Assembly (NCBI GenBank): GCA_947626615.1
Contig: CANQSW010000001.1
Span: forward strand, 1-48,272
Direction of reading: 5' to 3'
Length of the DNA: 48,272 nt
Source: an uncultured Peptococcaceae bacterium
Lineage (GTDB): Bacteria; Bacillota; Dehalobacteriia; UBA4068; UBA4997
Below are positions 28,573-40,709 of the stretch, one piece after another (positions within the stretch are counted from its first letter, which is position 1; each line of letters starts with the position of its first letter). The notes under the pieces are model-generated. The model searched no databases and was not told where the DNA came from. It saw only the letters and a list, made by a program, of their open reading frames with translations. The position numbers and the translations under genes were made by a program.

Positions 28573-28830
28573 TTAGGGAGCAACTGCACCAAATGCAGCC
28601 AAGCCTCCCACACAGGAAGCACAGGCAACAACAAACAAAACGGAAAGTATCAAGCCAATGATAGAACAGACCAAGCCGGCTTTAGCCAGCGATGCACGTT
28701 CCGGCACTTTTTTCCCCAAAACGCCAAGAATGATACCAACAACACCACATATGGCACCAATAGGCAGACCAAAACCAAATACCGCTGCTACGATCGAAAC
28801 GATACCTAAAACCAACGATGCAATAGCCAT
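28573..28830 (-). CDS. DUF4190-like small Gly/Ile-rich membrane protein
   Basis: 85 aa, MAIASLVLGIVSIVAAVFGFGLPIGAICGVVGIILGVLG...LVCSIIGLILSVLFVV. RBS GGGAGA. Translationally coupled to lgt. Confidence 0.65.
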   Translation of the reverse strand: MAIASLVLGIVSIVAAVFGFGLPIGAICGVVGIILGVLGKKVPERASLAKAGLVCSIIGLILSVLFVVACASCVGGLAAFGAVAP

Positions 28831-28854
28831 TTTTATTCTCCCTTCAAATTAAAG

Positions 28855-29043
28855 TTACATTCTAGCAACACAATCATTCTTATCCAAAGTCAGAGCATAA
28901 TGTTCATTACCGGGCATAATCGATTGTATAAACCCTAAAGAACGCAGATACGTCAAAACCCTCTGTTGTTCTTTGAAATTTAATTGTAAAAACAATTCAA
29001 TAAATTCTTCTTCTTTGTTGTTCTGATTCGATTTTTGCCGCAT
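28855..29043 (-). CDS. hypothetical 62-aa protein, first gene of the DUF4190-lgt operon
   Basis: Good RBS (GGAGGTG, 5-nt spacer). Divergent from the XRE gene. No family recognised. Confidence 0.5.
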   Translation of the reverse strand: MRQKSNQNNKEEEFIELFLQLNFKEQQRVLTYLRSLGFIQSIMPGNEHYALTLDKNDCVARM

Positions 29044-29080
29044 AAAAACACCTCCACTTTAGGCAATGTGTTGCAAACAC

Positions 29081-29109
29081 AATATAACACAATTTGTTTG
29101 TGCCGTCAA
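29081..29109 (-). promoter_or_regulatory. promoter of the 62-aa/DUF4190/lgt operon
   Basis: On the minus strand: TTGACG (29104-29109), 17-nt spacer, TGtTATATT (-10 hexamer at 29081-29086). Confidence 0.55.
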
Positions 29110-29133
29110 CACTCTTCGACGATTTCTTTTGTG

Positions 29134-29162
29134 TTGACGAACCTTTTTTAATGTTGTATGAT
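29134..29162 (+). promoter_or_regulatory. promoter of the XRE regulator gene
   Basis: TTGACG (29134-29139), 17-nt spacer, TATGAT (29157-29162). Its -35 box is one arm of the 9-bp inverted repeat CGTCAACAC (29104-29112) / GTGTTGACG (29131-29139). Confidence 0.55.
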
Positions 29163-29209
29163 ATACTTGAAAAATATAAGTTGTAACTGGTTGGGGAGGA
29201 ACTGACAAG

Positions 29210-29566
29210 TTGAAAAATCGTGTTCGCATAATAAGAAACCAGCTAAATTTATCACAACGAGAATTTGGAGAGAAACTGGGCGTCAGCCGCGATGTTATCA
29301 GTAACATAGAATATGGACGAGTACAGCCTAAGGAGTTGTTACTGAAGCATATGTGCCAGCTTTTTAACGTTAATCCCGTTTGGTTGCATACAGGTAATGG
29401 CAAAATATTCTTAGACGAGCCCATCTACAACGAAAATCTTAAAGAGGCTATAAACATCTTCTCCCAATTGCGACCAGAGTTTCAAGCATACGCCTTGGAG
29501 CAGATACGCAATTTAGTCGAGTTGCAGGAAAAATACCCGCCGGATACCATGATAGCAAACAAGTAA
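29210..29566 (+). CDS. XRE-family helix-turn-helix transcriptional regulator
   Basis: 118 aa, TTG start after GGGGAGGAA. IRNQLNLSQREFGEKLGVSRDVISNIEYGRVQP is a classic HTH_3 motif. Confidence 0.85.
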   Translation: MKNRVRIIRNQLNLSQREFGEKLGVSRDVISNIEYGRVQPKELLLKHMCQLFNVNPVWLHTGNGKIFLDEPIYNENLKEAINIFSQLRPEFQAYALEQIRNLVELQEKYPPDTMIANK

Positions 29567-30024
29567 AATAGAAGAGCCAAATCATCACTCCCATATAATC
29601 AAACCAACTCCTTCCGTAGCTCAATTGCTTTTTTACCGCAACTTGCAAATGAGGTGCAAATCTTTTAAATTTACAACATTTAAAAAGTCTTTTAAAATGC
29701 AAAAAAAACATTGATTTGGTTTATATTATAGTTTAAAACTATATTTTAGGATCAGTAGATACAGAATGATTTTATTATCCATTCAAAACTTTCAGGATCA
29801 AAATTTTGCATCGCCTATCAAATGACAAGATTTGGTTTTTTACAGAATACCATTCTCTATCATGGCGATTTTTCAAACGGACATGAAAGAACGACAAATC
29901 ATTTTTAAAGCATCTGCATTTACTCCTACTATATATAAAAGGTAAAGAAAATGGATTTTCGGAAAAGTTTTTCCAAAAATTTTTATTTTTTAGTAATTCT
30001 TTTCGCCGACCTTATTCTTACCGC

Positions 30025-30076
30025 AAAAAATCAGCATATCTTTATGATCGGATTCATAAGGATACGCTGATTTTTT
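30025..30076. terminator. bidirectional intrinsic terminator at the right inner edge of the island
   Basis: A6-TCAGCATATCTTTATGA-loop-TCATAAGGATACGCTGA-T6. The core stem is 17 bp (1 mismatch, 1 wobble), flanked by A6 and T6 runs. Confidence 0.6.
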
Positions 30077-30084
30077 AAACCAAT

Positions 30085-30159
30085 AAAAAAGAGAGAAGTA
30101 TCAGCCTGATCCCTCGGCGACACAGGCATTCTCTTCTCTCTTAAATACTTAAAGGTTAC
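30085..30159. repeat. 75-bp direct repeat, copy 2 (right boundary; terminator-like element downstream of tuf)
   Basis: Identical to 14838-14912. On the minus (tuf) strand it folds as AAGAGAGAAG...CTTCTCTCTT (10 bp), enclosing an inner GCCTG/CAGGC stem, and is followed by T6. Confidence 0.95.
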
Positions 30160-30264
30160 TGTCGGCTGTCCAATAGGATACGACCCTCGGCATGAGCCAC
30201 ACCCTCACAACAGACCTTTATAAGCCAAACTTTTTTAACTGTTTTGATACTTTTGCTCCTACGA

Positions 30265-31467
30265 TCATTCGTTGATCGCAGTAACAACACCGGCGCCTAC
30301 TGTACGGCCACCCTCACGAATTGCAAAACGCAGACCTTCCTCGATAGCGATCGGGGTGATCAGCTCGATGTTCATGCGGATGTTATCGCCGGGCATTACC
30401 ATCTCTACTCCTTCCGGCAGCAGAGCTACACCAGTAACGTCGGTGGTACGGAAATAGAACTGCGGACGATAGCCGTTGAAGAACGGAGTATGACGTCCAC
30501 CCTCTTCTTTGGTCAGTACATAGACCTCACCGCTGAATTTGGTATGCGGATGAATGCTGCCGGGTTTAGCCAAAACCTGACCACGTTCGACCTCTTTACG
30601 ATCGATACCACGCAGCAGTGTACCGATGTTATCGCCTGCTTCGGCAAAATCGAGCAACTTGCGGAACATCTCTACACCGGTAACTACGGTGTTCTTCGGC
30701 TCATCCATCAAACCTACGATAGATACTGCATCGCCCACTTTGACCTGACCACGTTCAACACGGCCGGTTACTACGGTGCCGCGGCCGGTGATGGTGAATA
30801 CATCCTCGATCGGCATCAGGAACGGTTTGTCGATATCACGCTCAGGCGTAGGAATGTAAGAGTCAACTGCATCCATCAATTCCCATACCGGGCCGCAGTC
30901 CGGGCAATCACGTTTGCCGCAGCCGCATTCCAGAGCTTTCAGAGCAGAACCCTTGATGATCGGAATATCGTCGCCCGGGAAATCATACTCGGAGAGCAGT
31001 TCGCGTACTTCCATCTCTACCAATTCCATCAGTTCGTCGTCATCGACCTGGTCAGCCTTGTTCAGGAAAACTACGATGTAAGGTACACCTACCTGACGGG
31101 ACAGCAGGATGTGTTCTCTGGTCTGGGGCATCGGACCGTCAGCTGCCGATACTACCAGGATAGCACCGTCCATCTGGGCTGCGCCGGTGATCATGTTCTT
31201 TACATAGTCGGCGTGTCCGGGGCAGTCAACGTGAGCATAGTGACGAGTTGCCGTCTCATACTCTACGTGAGCAGTGTTGATCGTGATACCACGAGCTTTT
31301 TCCTCAGGAGCCGAGTCGATCTGATCATAGGCCTTGGCTTCTGCGCCGCCGGCAGTTGCCAGACAACGAGTGATCGCTGCAGTCAGCGTCGTCTTGCCAT
31401 GGTCAACGTGACCGATCGTGCCGATGTTTACATGCGGCTTGGTGCGTTCAAATTTCTGTTTTGCCAT
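30265..31467 (-). CDS. tuf: elongation factor Tu
   Basis: [33 protein letters not shown]... is canonical EF-Tu, 400 aa. Confidence 0.98.
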   Translation of the reverse strand: MAKQKFERTKPHVNIGTIGHVDHGKTTLTAAITRCLATAGGAEAKAYDQIDSAPEEKARGITINTAHVEYETATRHYAHVDCPGHADYVKNMITGAAQMDGAILVVSAADGPMPQTREHILLSRQVGVPYIVVFLNKADQVDDDELMELVEMEVRELLSEYDFPGDDIPIIKGSALKALECGCGKRDCPDCGPVWELMDAVDSYIPTPERDIDKPFLMPIEDVFTITGRGTVVTGRVERGQVKVGDAVSIVGLMDEPKNTVVTGVEMFRKLLDFAEAGDNIGTLLRGIDRKEVERGQVLAKPGSIHPHTKFSGEVYVLTKEEGGRHTPFFNGYRPQFYFRTTDVTGVALLPEGVEMVMPGDNIRMNIELITPIAIEEGLRFAIREGGRTVGAGVVTAINE

Positions 31468-31519
31468 TTTTCTTCCTCCATAAAAATAACTTTTATATCA
31501 AATCTAAAATAAGTGCGAT

Positions 31520-33598
31520 TTAATAACCCTTACGTTTCTCGATGATCGTATCGGCCACGTTCTTCGGCACTTCTTCAAAATGCGAGAACTGCATAGTGTA
31601 AGTACCGCGTCCCTGTGTGCGCGAACGCAGGTCGGTGGCATAGCCGAACATCTCTGCCAACGGTACTAACGCACGAATAGCCTGCAGACCGTTGCGGCCC
31701 TCCATGCCTTCGATACGGCCGCGTCGTGAGCTGACATTGCCCATGACCTCGCCCATATAATCTTCCGGTACCACGACCTCAACTTTGAAGATGGGCTCCA
31801 GCAACACAGGATCAGCCTTAGCACAACCATCTTTGAAGGCCAATGAGCCGGCGATCTTGAAAGCCACCTCAGAAGAGTCTACCTCATGGTAAGAACCATC
31901 TATCAGTGTAGCCTTGATATCGACCACCTCATAACCGGCCAGCAGACCGGAAAGCATAGCCTCTTTGATACCGGACTCGATCGGAGCGATAAATTCTTTC
32001 GGAACTACGCCGCCAACGATCTTGTTTTCGAAAACAAAACCCTGTCCGGGTTCAGCCGGTTCAAATTCCACCACGCAATGGCCGTATTGACCGTGACCAC
32101 CCGACTGTTTGACATGCTTGCCGATACCGGTGACCTTTTTGCGGATAGTCTCTTTATAAGCCACCTGCGGCTGGCCCACGTTGGCCTCCACCTTAAATTC
32201 GCGCAGCAGACGGTCCACGATGATCTCCAGGTGCAGCTCGCCCATGCCGGCGATAATGGTCTGGCCGGTCTCGGCGTCGGTATGCACCTTGAAGGTCGGG
32301 TCTTCCTCGGCCAGCTTGGCCAGAGCGATGCCCATTTTTTCCTGATCCGCCACGGTCTTGGGCTCGATAGCCACGTCGATGACGGGTTCCGGGAATTCCA
32401 TAGATTCCAGAATGATCTCGTGCGCCTCGTCGCAGAGAGTGTCGCCGGTGGTGGTATCCTTGAAGCCGATGCCGGCCACGATATCGCCGGCGTGGATCTC
32501 CTGCACCTCCTCGCGGGCGTTGGCGTGCATCTGCAACAGGCGGCCGACGCGCTCCTTCTTGCCCTTGGTGGAGTTATAAACGTAGGAGCCGGCCTTCAGC
32601 GTGCCGGAATATACGCGGAAATACGTCAGCTTGCCCACAAAGGGGTCGGTCATCACCTTGAAGGCCAAAGCCGCGAACGGAGCGTCGTCGGAGCTGGGGC
32701 GGGAATCCTCCGCGCCGGTCTCCGGGTCGACGCCGGTGATATCGGGCACGTCCACCGGAGAGGGCAGATAATCGACGACCGCGTCCAGCAGCATCTGCAC
32801 GCCCTTGTTCTTGAAGGACGAGCCGCACAGCACGGGGGTCAGCGTCACGGCGATAGCGCCTTTTCTCAGGCCCTGTTTGATCTCGTCGTTGGTGAGCTCC
32901 TCGCCCTCCAGATACTTCATCATCAGTTCTTCGTCGCTTTCAGCGGCGGCTTCCACCATTTTTTCGCGGTATTCCAGCGCCATATCCAGCATATCGGCCG
33001 GCACTTCGGAATCCTCAATGATCTTGCCCATGTCGTCCTTATAGATCTCGGCGCGCATGGTGATAAGGTCTACGATACCGACGAATTTATCCTCCGAACC
33101 GATCGGCAGCTGGATAGGCACGGGGTTTGCGCCCAGCCTGTCGTGGATCATGCCGACGACGCGCATAAAATCCGCGCCGGTGCGGTCCATTTTATTGACA
33201 TACGCGATACGCGGCACGCCGTAATGGTCAGCCTGCCGCCAAACAGTTTCAGACTGCGGTTCAACGCCGCCAACAGAGCAGAACACCGCCACCGCGCCGT
33301 CCAGCACTCTAAGCGAGCGTTCCACCTCGACTGTGAAATCGACGTGGCCGGGCGTGTCGATGATGTTGATACGGTTATTCTTCCAGAAACAGGTGGTGGT
33401 GGCAGAAGTGATGGTGATACCGCGCTCCTGCTCCTGCACCATCCAGTCCATCGTCGCGCCGCCGTCATGCACCTCGCCGATCTTGTGTACCTTGTTGGTA
33501 TAATACAAGATACGCTCGGTCGTGGTGGTCTTGCCGGCGTCGATATGGGCCATGATGCCGATATTTCTGGTGTTTTCCAAAGAATTCTGTCTTGGCAT
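31520..33598 (-). CDS. fusA: elongation factor G
   Basis: [34 protein letters not shown]. The ATG at 33598 follows GGAGGAG. The track ORF starts 12 nt upstream at a TTG. Confidence 0.97.
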   Translation of the reverse strand: MPRQNSLENTRNIGIMAHIDAGKTTTTERILYYTNKVHKIGEVHDGGATMDWMVQEQERGITITSATTTCFWKNNRINIIDTPGHVDFTVEVERSLRVLDGAVAVFCSVGGVEPQSETVWRQADHYGVPRIAYVNKMDRTGADFMRVVGMIHDRLGANPVPIQLPIGSEDKFVGIVDLITMRAEIYKDDMGKIIEDSEVPADMLDMALEYREKMVEAAAESDEELMMKYLEGEELTNDEIKQGLRKGAIAVTLTPVLCGSSFKNKGVQMLLDAVVDYLPSPVDVPDITGVDPETGAEDSRPSSDDAPFAALAFKVMTDPFVGKLTYFRVYSGTLKAGSYVYNSTKGKKERVGRLLQMHANAREEVQEIHAGDIVAGIGFKDTTTGDTLCDEAHEIILESMEFPEPVIDVAIEPKTVADQEKMGIALAKLAEEDPTFKVHTDAETGQTIIAGMGELHLEIIVDRLLREFKVEANVGQPQVAYKETIRKKVTGIGKHVKQSGGHGQYGHCVVEFEPAEPGQGFVFENKIVGGVVPKEFIAPIESGIKEAMLSGLLAGYEVVDIKATLIDGSYHEVDSSEVAFKIAGSLAFKDGCAKADPVLLEPIFKVEVVVPEDYMGEVMGNVSSRRGRIEGMEGRNGLQAIRALVPLAEMFGYATDLRSRTQGRGTYTMQFSHFEEVPKNVADTIIEKRKGY

Positions 33599-33622
33599 TT
33601 TCTCCTCCAATTTGTGCCCGGC

Positions 33623-34105
<483 letters not shown>

Positions 34106-34129
34106 TTATATATTTTCCCGTATTCGGTC

Positions 34130-34516
34130 TTATTTCTTGGCGCTGCCCTTCGGGCGCTTGGCGCCGTACTTGGAGCGAGCCTGCATACGGCCCGTCACGC
34201 CGGCTGCGTCCAGCGCGCCGCGCACGACGTGATAACGCACGCCGGGCAGGTCCTTGACACGGCCGCCGCGGACCAGCACCACGCTGTGCTCCTGCAGGTT
34301 ATGGCCGATACCGGGAATATACGCGGTAACTTCGATGTTGTTCGTCAGGCGGACACGAGCCACCTTACGCAAAGCGGAGTTCGGCTTCTTCGGCGTCGTG
34401 GTATAAACTCTGGTGCAAACGCCCCTCTTCTGAGGACATTCCTTCAATGCCGGCGCGGTAGACTTTTTATCCACACTCTGGCGACCTTTTCTAACTAACT
34501 GACTGATTGTAGGCAA
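34130..34516 (-). CDS. rpsL: 30S ribosomal protein S12 (uS12)
   Basis: (M)[50 protein letters not shown] is canonical S12. TTG start at 34514-34516, 6 nt after GGAGGTG. The track ORF is over-extended to 34576. Confidence 0.95.
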   Translation of the reverse strand: MPTISQLVRKGRQSVDKKSTAPALKECPQKRGVCTRVYTTTPKKPNSALRKVARVRLTNNIEVTAYIPGIGHNLQEHSVVLVRGGRVKDLPGVRYHVVRGALDAAGVTGRMQARSKYGAKRPKGSAKK

Positions 34517-34672
34517 AACCGCCACCTCCTTCCCCATTAAACAAGCCTGTGTTGGCAAGCTCTGCCTTTCGCACAAGCCTATCCAACGGATAATGAAATA
34601 AGATATTTTGAAAAAGCAACCCGCGGCATTTCAGCCCGTTCCTGACCGATCTGCCAAAAAACTTCCGCACGC

Positions 34673-34921
34673 TCAATCCTTTAAGACGGCCGCCACGGCC
34701 GCCCCGACGTCAATGCCGCAGGCGCTGCCAAGCTCCGCCATCGTATCGACGCGGCGTATCTCTACGTCTTTGACGATACAAAGCGCGATGACCTCGGCGG
34801 TCACTTGCCGGTCAGCATCTCCGGCAAGAAAGACCAACGCCACAGAATTAGCTTCCAAGGCTCTAAGAGTCTGCTTTACGCCCACGCATTTCTTCGCGGC
34901 GCGCAAGCCAGCCAGTTCCAT
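34673..34921 (-). CDS. L7Ae-family ribosome-associated protein (YbxF/RplGB-like)
   Basis: 82 aa, ...KKCVGVKQTLRALEANSVALVFLAGDAD...ELGSACGIDVGAAVAAVL. Its position immediately upstream of rpsL matches that of Firmicutes ybxF. Confidence 0.8.
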   Translation of the reverse strand: MELAGLRAAKKCVGVKQTLRALEANSVALVFLAGDADRQVTAEVIALCIVKDVEIRRVDTMAELGSACGIDVGAAVAAVLKD

Positions 34922-34956
34922 TTCCGCATTAACCCCCCAGAATAGCGTACTTTATA

Positions 34957-34985
34957 ATTTTACCAAGCGGATCCCGCGTTGTCAA
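34957..34985 (-). promoter_or_regulatory. near-consensus sigma-A promoter of the str operon
   Basis: On the minus strand: TTGACA (34980-34985), 17-nt spacer, TGgTAAAAT (-10 at 34957-34962). Confidence 0.65.
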
Positions 34986-35039
34986 CATTTTTTCAGGCGA
35001 TTTTGTCCGGTTTTCCCAAAAAATTTTGCCCAAAAGCCG

Positions 35040-35080
35040 CGCAAAACATACGGGCGGCGGGGCTTTGCCCCATTCCGCCC
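35040..35080 (-). terminator. GC-rich hairpin terminator after the lipoprotein pair
   Basis: On the minus strand: GGGCGG-aat-GGGGC-AAA-GCCCC-g-CCGCCC, followed by GTATGTTTTG. Confidence 0.55.
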
Positions 35081-35116
35081 GCTGCGTTTTTCACTTTTTG
35101 GCCAAGCAGCCGTTTT

Positions 35117-35983
35117 TTAAGAAGCGTGTTTCTCCCAATAATGCTCCGTCGGCTCGTAGCCTGCCGCCAGATACACCGTCTCGCCGCTCTCGTCGATATA
35201 GAACGTCACCTTGAGCTGGCCGTCCACCGGAAAGTCCGCGGTCTGGCCGTCCAGCACCATTTGGGTCGCCGCCTGATCGAACGTCAGCTCGTTATTTGCA
35301 ATCTGCTCGCCGTAGGCCGCCTCGACCGCCGCTTCGCCCTCGTCGTAGCCGATAACGTAATCGTTCAGCACGGCGGTATAGACCAGCCGACCGTCCTCGC
35401 GCCGCTCGGCCGCAAGCTCCGTCAAGCCGTAATACCCCACCGGGAAAGAGCCCTCCGGTGTGTCGTAATAATTCTCGCCGTCGAAGTCGAACATTTTATG
35501 CTCGCTGCCGGAATGTTCCAGCTGCACGTCGCCAAAATGCGTGTGGACGAATTTATCCACTTCTTCTTTTGGTATCACTGCCGCGCCGGGCATACCGTAG
35601 GTATCGCTGGTGTTCTCCTCCCAGCGCTGCTCTCTCACCCAATAACCGTACTCGTCCAGCCCCGTCACGTCGTCCGTCAGCACCAAAAACCAATAGGACG
35701 CCACGTCGGTGGGCTGCTCGCCCTCCGCGAATTCCGGCAGATGGAACCACAGATCCATACGCGCCGTATCCCAAAACGCCTTGATCAGCTCCGGCGTCAC
35801 GTCCAGCGCCGTGCTCTCGCCGGGCTGCAGGTCCGCGCAGGCCGCCGCCGTGAGTTCGCTCACCGCCGCCAACGGGTTGGCCGCCGCCGACTCCGCCGAA
35901 CTGCCCTCCTGCTCGCAGCCGCAGTCAAAGCAGCACAGCAGCGCCGCCAGCAACACCGCCAATATCAGTTTTCCTGTCCGCAT
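35117..35983 (-). CDS. hypothetical secreted protein or lipoprotein (paralog 1)
   Basis: 288 aa from the ATG at 35983 (RBS GGAGGTG). MRTGKLILAVLLAALLCCFDCGCEQEG is a signal peptide followed by a Cys cluster, not a textbook lipobox. GC-rich like the backbone. Confidence 0.7.
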   Translation of the reverse strand: MRTGKLILAVLLAALLCCFDCGCEQEGSSAESAAANPLAAVSELTAAACADLQPGESTALDVTPELIKAFWDTARMDLWFHLPEFAEGEQPTDVASYWFLVLTDDVTGLDEYGYWVREQRWEENTSDTYGMPGAAVIPKEEVDKFVHTHFGDVQLEHSGSEHKMFDFDGENYYDTPEGSFPVGYYGLTELAAERREDGRLVYTAVLNDYVIGYDEGEAAVEAAYGEQIANNELTFDQAATQMVLDGQTADFPVDGQLKVTFYIDESGETVYLAAGYEPTEHYWEKHAS

Positions 35984-36017
35984 ACTAAGCACCTCCACTT
36001 ATTTACTGGCCCCACGC

Positions 36018-36770
36018 TCACTTGACGCCCGCAAATATCGCCGGGTCGTTATATTCGGTCAGGTCGAAGCGATACAGCTGCTCGATCGTATCCTGCAGCG
36101 TCTCGCCGCCCGCGCCGTTTTCGTCCGCGCCCACCGTCTGCGTCACGCTGTCGCGGCTCTCATAATCCATGCGCACCAGCAGCCCGTCCTCGTTCAGCCA
36201 ATAATCCACGTAGCCGGAAAGCATGATGCCGTCCGCGCCGTCCTTGTCGCGGCTGCTGTTCACCCGGTCGATGTATTTCGCGTTCTTAACGACGCGGAAG
36301 CCCTGCCAATCCGGCTGTTCGGCGTCGGCAAGCGGCTGCACCTCGGCCACGTAGCCGGCCTTCAGACCCGCGCCGAAGAAGAACGGCAGCAGGTCGGGGA
36401 AGTCGCCGATCTTGCCCGTATACGTTTCGTCCTCCTCGCCCGTCTCCAGATCGTATTTATGCGCGTCGATCACCTTATAGGGGCGCTCCAGCAGGTCGCC
36501 GTCCGTATCGCGCCGCGTGACGGTATAATTGAACGTCCGCACGTCGATCTCATAGCGGTAGTCGGACACATACTCGCTGTCATAGATAGAGATATTGCCC
36601 TCCTCCGAATGTACGTCCGTCGTCACCAGTATATGCCCGCTGGTGAGGGCGCTCAGCGCGTCCACGCCCGCGTTGATCTGCTCTATCTGGTCGGCATATT
36701 CGCCGCCGCAGCCAAAAAGCCCCAGCAGCGCCGCCAGCAGCGCCGCCAATATCAGTTTTCTCGTCCGCAT
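36018..36770 (-). CDS. hypothetical lipoprotein (paralog 2)
   Basis: 250 aa from the ATG at 36770 (RBS GGAGGTG). MRTRKLILAALLAALLGLFGCGGEY has lipobox LFGC. Confidence 0.72.
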   Translation of the reverse strand: MRTRKLILAALLAALLGLFGCGGEYADQIEQINAGVDALSALTSGHILVTTDVHSEEGNISIYDSEYVSDYRYEIDVRTFNYTVTRRDTDGDLLERPYKVIDAHKYDLETGEEDETYTGKIGDFPDLLPFFFGAGLKAGYVAEVQPLADAEQPDWQGFRVVKNAKYIDRVNSSRDKDGADGIMLSGYVDYWLNEDGLLVRMDYESRDSVTQTVGADENGAGGETLQDTIEQLYRFDLTEYNDPAIFAGVK

Positions 36771-36820
36771 ACCAAACACCTCCGCCGTTTACCGGTCTGT
36801 TTTACCATGATTTCAACGTA

Positions 36821-36849
36821 ATTTTAACATATTCCGCCGCAATAGGCAA
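36821..36849 (-). promoter_or_regulatory. promoter for the lipoprotein pair
   Basis: On the minus strand: TTGCCT (36844-36849), 17-nt spacer, TAAAAT (36821-36826). Confidence 0.5.
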
Positions 36850-36888
36850 GCCGCGCCCGCGTTTTCCCGGCCGGAGGGGCTCGCGGCC

Positions 36889-36930
36889 AAAATAAAACCG
36901 ACGCCAGGACGAAATGCGTCCCAGCGCCGG
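36889..36930 (-). terminator. intrinsic terminator of rpoBC
   Basis: On the minus strand: CCGGCGCTGGGACG-CATTT-CGTCCTGGCGTCGG (14-bp stem including G-U pairs), followed by TTTTATTTTGG. Lies 18 nt after the rpoC stop. Confidence 0.7.
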
Positions 36931-36947
36931 GTTTTATTATGCGATCG

Positions 36948-40652
<3,705 letters not shown>

Positions 40653-40709
40653 GCAGGGTTCTCCCCCTCTCAAAATTATCACGTCGACCCATTTCAGCTA
40701 CCGGCCGGC

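Larger units (their letters stand above)
14913..30084. mobile_element. AT-rich accessory genomic island between tuf and rpsJ (putatively acquired; no recombinase detectable)
   Basis: Bounded by the perfect 75-bp direct repeat. Composition is clearly more AT-rich by eye than both flanks, especially 19.6-26.6 kb and 27.7-30.0 kb. Gene content is accessory envelope proteins. No integrase, transposase or relaxase reading frame was found on either strand. Confidence 0.45.

Noticed and set aside
29448-29711. 87-aa minus-strand ORF overlapping the 3-prime end of the XRE gene and the AT-rich spacer.
   Set aside because: It overlaps a well-supported gene by about 120 nt. It has no proper RBS spacing and a composition-driven Phe/Lys/Leu-rich sequence, so it is likely spurious.
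14913-30084. Whether the island is a prophage, an ICE or a known defence island.
   Set aside because: There is no capsid, terminase, portal, tail, relaxase, coupling-protein, restriction, Cas, ATPase or nuclease-like frame on either strand. The only phage-like feature is the XRE switch. It was therefore kept as an unclassified island.
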